Origin: Bacteroidales bacterium
GTDB taxonomy: Bacteria; Bacteroidota; Bacteroidia; Bacteroidales; WCHB1-69
DNA: 64,000 nucleotides
Direction: 5' to 3'
Assembly (NCBI GenBank): GCA_024400875.1
Contig: JAKSMB010000001.1
Span: 156,916-220,915 of the forward strand
The translations under genes and the position numbers were made by a program. The stretch's first letter is position 1; every line of letters starts with the position of its first letter. Positions 60,035 to 64,000 of this stretch are shown here, piece by piece. The notes under the pieces are model-generated. The model worked only from the letters and a program-made list of their open reading frames with translations. It had not been told where the DNA came from and did no database searches.

Positions 60035-60042
60035 CAAATATA
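60035..60042 (-). promoter_or_regulatory. -7 promoter box TATATTTG preceded by an A10 tract
   Basis: The minus strand reads cTTTTGttttAAAAAAAAAAtTATATTTGccgcg, about 25 nt upstream of the ATG at 60010. Confidence 0.5.
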
Positions 60043-60156
60043 ATTTTTTTTTTAAAACAAAAGTAAAACAAGTATTGTATATGTAAATAGCATAAAATCA
60101 AAGATATATAGCATTATATAAAAACAGACTTATGAATATCGATGGGTGAGATACTT

Positions 60157-60194
60157 AAAAAAGAAAGGAGTCGCATTTGCTTGCGATTCCTTTC
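60157..60194 (-). terminator. Rho-independent terminator
   Basis: On the minus strand, gaaaggaatcgca-agcaaa-tgcgactcctttc (one A-C mismatch) is followed by TTTTTT. Confidence 0.65.
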
Positions 60195-60234
60195 TTGCTA
60201 TTGTGATCGTTTGCAGTGTGAATACGGAAGAATA

Positions 60235-60668
60235 TTATTGTCTTCCGTTCAGCATTTTTATTATGTAGCTTCTTTGCTCTTTTTTGCTGTTAAAATTCAA
60301 ATTCTGTTTTCTCACCATTCGTTTGGCTTTCTCAAAACTGAAGGTGTGAAAATAGCCCAGTTGTGCAAACATGTAATTATGACGAAGGGAGATATTACCA
60401 CCACTATTTAATTCGGCCAACAGGTAAATATTTTGCAAAGTTATAGGAGAATTCTATATTTCCTTGTCCGCCTATAGTCATTTCACGAGACGGAGGTAAA
60501 ACTGTTCCGTAAATATTGTTGTATGTTGTAAGAACTTCCTTTAATCAGTTCAATATGCCCGGTTAAACCAATATGAAAGCCTTTGAAAGTTTCTATGGAA
60601 CTCTGATTTTGAGCTTGAGTTGCTCCAACAAATAGGAACAATAACGTGTAAAGAATTATTTTTTTCAT
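60235..60668 (-). pseudogene. Small outer-membrane beta-barrel-like protein, apparently frameshifted
   Basis: ORF 60483..60668 carries a signal peptide (MKKIILYTLLFLFVGATQAQ) and then stops. ORF 60235..60438, in another frame, carries a beta-barrel-like tail ..AELNSGGNISLRHNYMFAQLGYFHTFSF... Confidence 0.35.
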
Positions 60669-60672
60669 GATA

Positions 60673-60891
60673 TTAATTATTTTGAAGGTTACCTGTTTCT
60701 ACGTTATAAGTATATGTCCATCCTTGATGCCGACAACGAATAGAACTCTCATAGTCAGGGACACCTTCGTACAATAGGGCAATTTTTTCGTCAAGAACTA
60801 ATGTTTTAGGATGGGATGTTTCTTCTTTTGCACAGCCTATGAGGAAAATCATAGCAAATAAAAAAACTGGTGTAAAAATGTTTCTTTTCAT
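60673..60891 (-). CDS. Small lipoprotein (72 aa), possible immunity protein of a decayed Rhs cassette
   Basis: Lipobox FLIGC after MKRNIFTPVFLFAMI. Its ATG overlaps (ATGA) the stop of the Rhs junction remnant. Confidence 0.5.
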   Translation of the reverse strand: MKRNIFTPVFLFAMIFLIGCAKEETSHPKTLVLDEKIALLYEGVPDYESSIRCRHQGWTYTYNVETGNLQNN

Positions 60892-61016
60892 AATGGAAAG
60901 GATTCCGTAAGATTTTCATGTTTGATTCTTATTGGATTTTGAGCGTAGCGACTTCTAAGTTCTATAGTGTATTCCCACGGGTAGAAATGCAGGGCACGGA
61001 AGACTTTCTCAGAAGC
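60888..61016 (-). pseudogene. Remnant of an Rhs core/toxin junction
   Basis: The minus frame reads ASEKVFRALHFYPWEYTIELRSRYAQNPIRIKHENLTESFPL*. Compare KQVVRALHFDPWGNV in 61823..62854. There is no start codon. Confidence 0.55.
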
Positions 61017-61090
61017 TTAGCGTGTGCGGAAAACTTTTTCACGTTGATGTGCGCCGCAAAGGTGTTGTTTTTTCATAGAAATAGCTTCTC

Positions 61091-61813
61091 TTAATTTTGG
61101 GGTACATTGTACCGTTTTAACAACTCATATCCATTGTTATATTTTAGCAATATCCCATCTTTAGAAACTATCACATAGAAAACGCATCCATTTTCATCTT
61201 TCAAAATAAGAATGTTTTTGTAGTGTCGAATCCTTCCTCTTGACAATGTTAGTGAAGTGTGAGGAAAACATTCAGCTTGAAGAATATACTCCTTATTTTG
61301 AATAGTTAAACTGAAATCAATATCCGAAACTGAGAGGTACGTACCGTTGGAGATCCTATATTTTGTCCTGTTATTTTTTAGATATTCATGCATTTCTTTT
61401 CTTGAGAAATAAGACCAGGTGGCGTAGAATGTGTTTTCTTTCGTAAACAAGCCTGTTTTCCCGAGAAAGAACAACCGTTTACTCTGCAAATAGATAGGAG
61501 CATTTTTGCCAAAATTAACAGCTGGAATGGGCCCCTCTTTTATAACATATATTTCATTATTGTAACTGTCTGTTAAAACATATCTTCCATTTTTATCTTC
61601 AATATAGCAACCCATCGAAATAAAAAGATCGACAGGTTGATCTTCTATTGCCATGTCAGTGATTTCAAGTTGATAGCTTCCATCAGGAAACAAAGATAGC
61701 ATAACCAACAGAAAATCATTTTTGTCACCATAATTACAATATTTTGCGTCTATCTGCGATATGGATTCAAAATAGAAGCTAAAAAAAAGGAGAAAAAGTA
61801 TTGTTTTTTTCAT
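61091..61813 (-). CDS. Secreted hypothetical protein (240 aa), candidate cognate immunity protein
   Basis: Signal peptide MKKTILFLLFFSFYFESISQ. It starts 9 nt after the stop of the Rhs toxin ORF. It is AT-rich. Confidence 0.55.
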   Translation of the reverse strand: MKKTILFLLFFSFYFESISQIDAKYCNYGDKNDFLLVMLSLFPDGSYQLEITDMAIEDQPVDLFISMGCYIEDKNGRYVLTDSYNNEIYVIKEGPIPAVNFGKNAPIYLQSKRLFFLGKTGLFTKENTFYATWSYFSRKEMHEYLKNNRTKYRISNGTYLSVSDIDFSLTIQNKEYILQAECFPHTSLTLSRGRIRHYKNILILKDENGCVFYVIVSKDGILLKYNNGYELLKRYNVPQN

Positions 61814-61822
61814 ACAATGCGA

Positions 61823-62854
61823 TTAGTTAAGATTAATAAAGGGAAAAGGGATTCTGTATTGAGATGGATACCAACCGAAATAGCCTTTTTGAGATTCCAA
61901 GTCTGGAGATTTAACATAATGATAAGAAATATGAACCTCCCGAGGAAATCTTTTTACATACCCTTTAACAAGTCCTTTTGTTTCTAAATTAACATAGATT
62001 CCATTTTCAGTTAGGCCGTATCTTTTGTCAATACTTGTAGTGAATTTTGATATGTTCCAATCAAAATCAACATCAAACACATCGCATACTCTATTCCTGA
62101 GTATTTCATCATTTTCAGAAAGATAACTACATGAATTATAACTTTCAGCCATTCGTTGATAATAGAGCATTTTATCTTCAGGAGCAGCAATCCCCAATTC
62201 TTGCTCAATAAAATCAGAACCGTTCCAAAAATTAAATCCATTTCTGTAATCGGATAAACCCTGGACCAGTCCACCTACCAATCCTCCGCTCAATGCCCCC
62301 ATGGCACCGCCAAGGAAGCCGTAACCGATGGACATGCCCAAATCATGGCTTGACAAGAAAGCATTTCCGAATCCGGTGATTGCGCCTGCCGCCGCACCCG
62401 AGACCGCACCCGAGGCCGCACCGCCAATAAAGCCCCCGACACACAATGAGGATAAAGCCGCATTACCCGCTATGCCACTAATAACTCCTGCAAATCCTCC
62501 AATGAAGGCTGAAGATAGGAAGTCACTTGCACTATTGATATTACCCGTTATCATCTGAAAAAACACGTTGGTCAGTGTACCAATGGCGAAAGCCGCTGCT
62601 ATAAAACTTTCCCCGCTCGGGTCCACATATTGCAGCGGGTTGTTCAAGCAGTACGAATAGCGGTTGTAGCTCTGCGTGAACTCGGGTGCCTGCACGAAGT
62701 TGTCGGCGTCACTCTTCACGTTACCCCACGGGTCGAAATGCAGGGCACGCACCACCTGCTTGCTGCTGTTGGTAATGTGCGTGTAACTGCCCAACCGGTC
62801 GGGATAGACGTAGTACAGGCTGTCAACGTTATAATAGTCGAAGGAGATGTTCAT
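61823..62854 (-). CDS. Orphan Rhs-family C-terminal fragment: end of the YD-repeat core plus a glycine-zipper region and a variable C-terminal toxin domain
   Basis: DRLGSYTHI, RALHFDPWGN, SYNRYSYCLNNPLQYVDPSGE (core-end motif, aa 62-82). Next comes a G..(.)G-rich hydrophobic stretch at aa ~83-205. An AT-rich ~140-aa tail follows. Confidence 0.75.
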   Translation of the reverse strand: MNISFDYYNVDSLYYVYPDRLGSYTHITNSSKQVVRALHFDPWGNVKSDADNFVQAPEFTQSYNRYSYCLNNPLQYVDPSGESFIAAAFAIGTLTNVFFQMITGNINSASDFLSSAFIGGFAGVISGIAGNAALSSLCVGGFIGGAASGAVSGAAAGAITGFGNAFLSSHDLGMSIGYGFLGGAMGALSGGLVGGLVQGLSDYRNGFNFWNGSDFIEQELGIAAPEDKMLYYQRMAESYNSCSYLSENDEILRNRVCDVFDVDFDWNISKFTTSIDKRYGLTENGIYVNLETKGLVKGYVKRFPREVHISYHYVKSPDLESQKGYFGWYPSQYRIPFPFINLN

Positions 62855-62889
62855 CTTGAAGATCTATGACTGCGGTTTAAACGAGGTGG

Positions 62890-62897
62890 CAAAAGTA
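62890..62897 (-). promoter_or_regulatory. -7 promoter box TACTTTTG for the orphan Rhs fragment
   Basis: The minus strand reads gcgTACTTTTGccacc, about 36 nt upstream of the ATG at 62854. Confidence 0.5.
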
Positions 62898-62962
62898 CGC
62901 ATATTTACGGAAAGTTAGCGAGAAAAATTAACACGAAGGCGCCCTCCGAGGTCTCTTCGGTT

Positions 62963-63155
62963 GGAGATTCCGCTGCGCTTCCTCCGGTCGCTTGCGGAAT
63001 GGCGTGGCTCGCCGGGTGGGGAAAACAGATGGGCGGCGGCACACTTATGGAGGTATTACCTCGCCCGTGGTGCCGCCGCCCAATATGTTCCCCTTTTCAC
63101 ACGATACGCGCGCCATTCCGCAAGACCGACGATAGGAGGTCGAAGCGGAATCTCC
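62963..63155. ncRNA. ~193-nt rod-like GC-rich structure with a central bubble (6S-RNA-like, or a hairpin-forming DNA element)
   Basis: Nested perfect helices: 62963-62974/63144-63155 (12 bp), cctcc+ggtc/gacc+ggagg, 62991-63004/63111-63124 (14 bp), then a 13/17-nt internal loop. After the loop come gggg..aaca/tgtt..cccc, 63030-63042/63070-63082 (13 bp) and a 27-nt apical loop with a mini-hairpin. Confidence 0.35.
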
Positions 63156-63486
63156 TACTTAACGGGCACCTTATTTTCCATACTATTTTTTACCATAACG
63201 TATTACCATTTGAACTACCAAAATACCAAAACCAGGATGGGGATATATCTAAAATCTGAAACCATAAACAAGACAGTTGACTTCATAACTCTTCTATTTA
63301 AAATTAGGGAACTATATACATGTTGTCCAAAACAATCACAAAATTAAAGCGTAATCAATGGAATTGGTTACGCTTGTTTATTATCTTACATTAAGAATCC
63401 TATGCACACATTCTTGAACTATCCCGTATAAATCGGATTCCGTCAATCGGATTCTTCGTTTCGTTAGGTCATGATGTTGCTGTGTC

Positions 63487-63726
63487 TCAAATAATGATGG
63501 TTGTTCCATTGGGAAAATGTTGATACCAATTCATATTATCCCACGCTATAACAGGGTTCGAAATATAGTTTACCAACCCATCAAGGTAATTGTGCCATTG
63601 GGATAATGCGTCGATGTTGTTTCGGTTGTACCAATCAATATTATTGATACGTTCTTGAATATCATCCGAAAGAACGACAATCAGTTTAGTTAAAATCACA
63701 TCCTCATTTAAACAAAATTCCATCAT
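63487..63726 (-). CDS. Small hypothetical protein (79 aa)
   Basis: ATG-initiated and acidic. It overlaps the upstream ORF by ATGA. No family motif was recognised. Confidence 0.45.
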   Translation of the reverse strand: MMEFCLNEDVILTKLIVVLSDDIQERINNIDWYNRNNIDALSQWHNYLDGLVNYISNPVIAWDNMNWYQHFPNGTTIII

Positions 63727-63983
63727 TTCTTTAGTCCATACTTTTCTCTTTGTTTATTTAAAAAATCTGTGGCTATAACTGCACCATTTCTTAATTCATC
63801 TTCCAATGTATAATCCACCATTACAGGTCGTGTAGGGCCCTTGGATTCGTTAAGGGGTATTCTTGACCAAAACTCATCAACTTGCTCTCTTGTCAATTTG
63901 CCAAACACTTTGGTGAATTCTTCAATTGGTAACTGTCCAAGCCATTCCATGTTCAAGCTTCCGTCTTCTTTTAGTAATGCCAT
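63723..63983 (-). CDS. Small hypothetical protein (86 aa)
   Basis: ATG-initiated ORF MALLKEDGSLNMEWLGQLPIEEF... It is translationally coupled to 63487..63726. Confidence 0.45.
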   Translation of the reverse strand: MALLKEDGSLNMEWLGQLPIEEFTKVFGKLTREQVDEFWSRIPLNESKGPTRPVMVDYTLEDELRNGAVIATDFLNKQREKYGLKK

Positions 63984-64000
63984 AAGTATCTTGTTTTAAT

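Noticed and set aside
60142-60411. Plus-strand 89-aa ORF opposite the beta-barrel fragment.
   Set aside because: It spans the minus-strand terminator hairpin, has no motifs, and the opposite strand has a more plausible (if decayed) coding signal.
62961-63347. Plus-strand ORFs 62961..63347 (128 aa) and 62999..63259 (86 aa).
   Set aside because: They are read straight through the GC-rich hairpin element and then AT-rich spacer. The Arg/Gly/Trp-rich translation is typical of a non-coding palindrome.

Overview
This is a 64 kb Bacteroidota-type chromosome segment. The evidence is several T9SS C-terminal sorting domains, many TAnnTTTG -7 promoter boxes and tightly packed operons. It looks Bacteroidales/Prevotellaceae-like, but the taxon cannot be verified from here.

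Housekeeping backbone: secA, rpe, an MFS sugar permease, mrp/apbC, thyA, pgk, a mannose-1-P guanylyltransferase, a TonB-dependent receptor, a C69 dipeptidase, dtd, guaB, ridA, tRNA-Lys(UUU), folE, an NSS transporter, GH16, a LemA-TPM pair and metG.

Accessory content:
1. Giant paralogous T9SS surface proteins: a partial one at 2-61, one of 2490 aa and one of 1867 aa. The 1867-aa gene sits in an apparent operon with a GT4 glycosyltransferase and a CoA-disulfide-reductase/rhodanese fusion.
2. An AT-rich defence island at about 17.07-23.45 kb. It holds a single-chain nuclease-methylase-specificity (type IIG/IIB-like) enzyme and a structured leader or sRNA candidate with its own terminator just upstream of that gene. 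It also holds two YhcG/DUF1016 PD-(D/E)XK nuclease cassettes (one frameshifted) and a relic of an older restriction gene. A 3 x 41-bp dyad repeat array flanks it.
3. A dispersed ~165-bp repeat family with three copies.
4. A secreted cysteine-rich protein made of two internal repeats.
5. A compositionally mosaic S8 protease that is T9SS cargo.
6. A T9SS type-B cargo gene.
7. An AT-rich orphan Rhs toxin/immunity cassette array at about 60.2-62.9 kb, followed by a ~193-nt rod-like GC-rich structure (6S-RNA-like) and two small overlapping genes.

No CRISPR array, rRNA, transposase or integrase was seen. All family calls come from motif recognition by eye. No searches or computed statistics were run.
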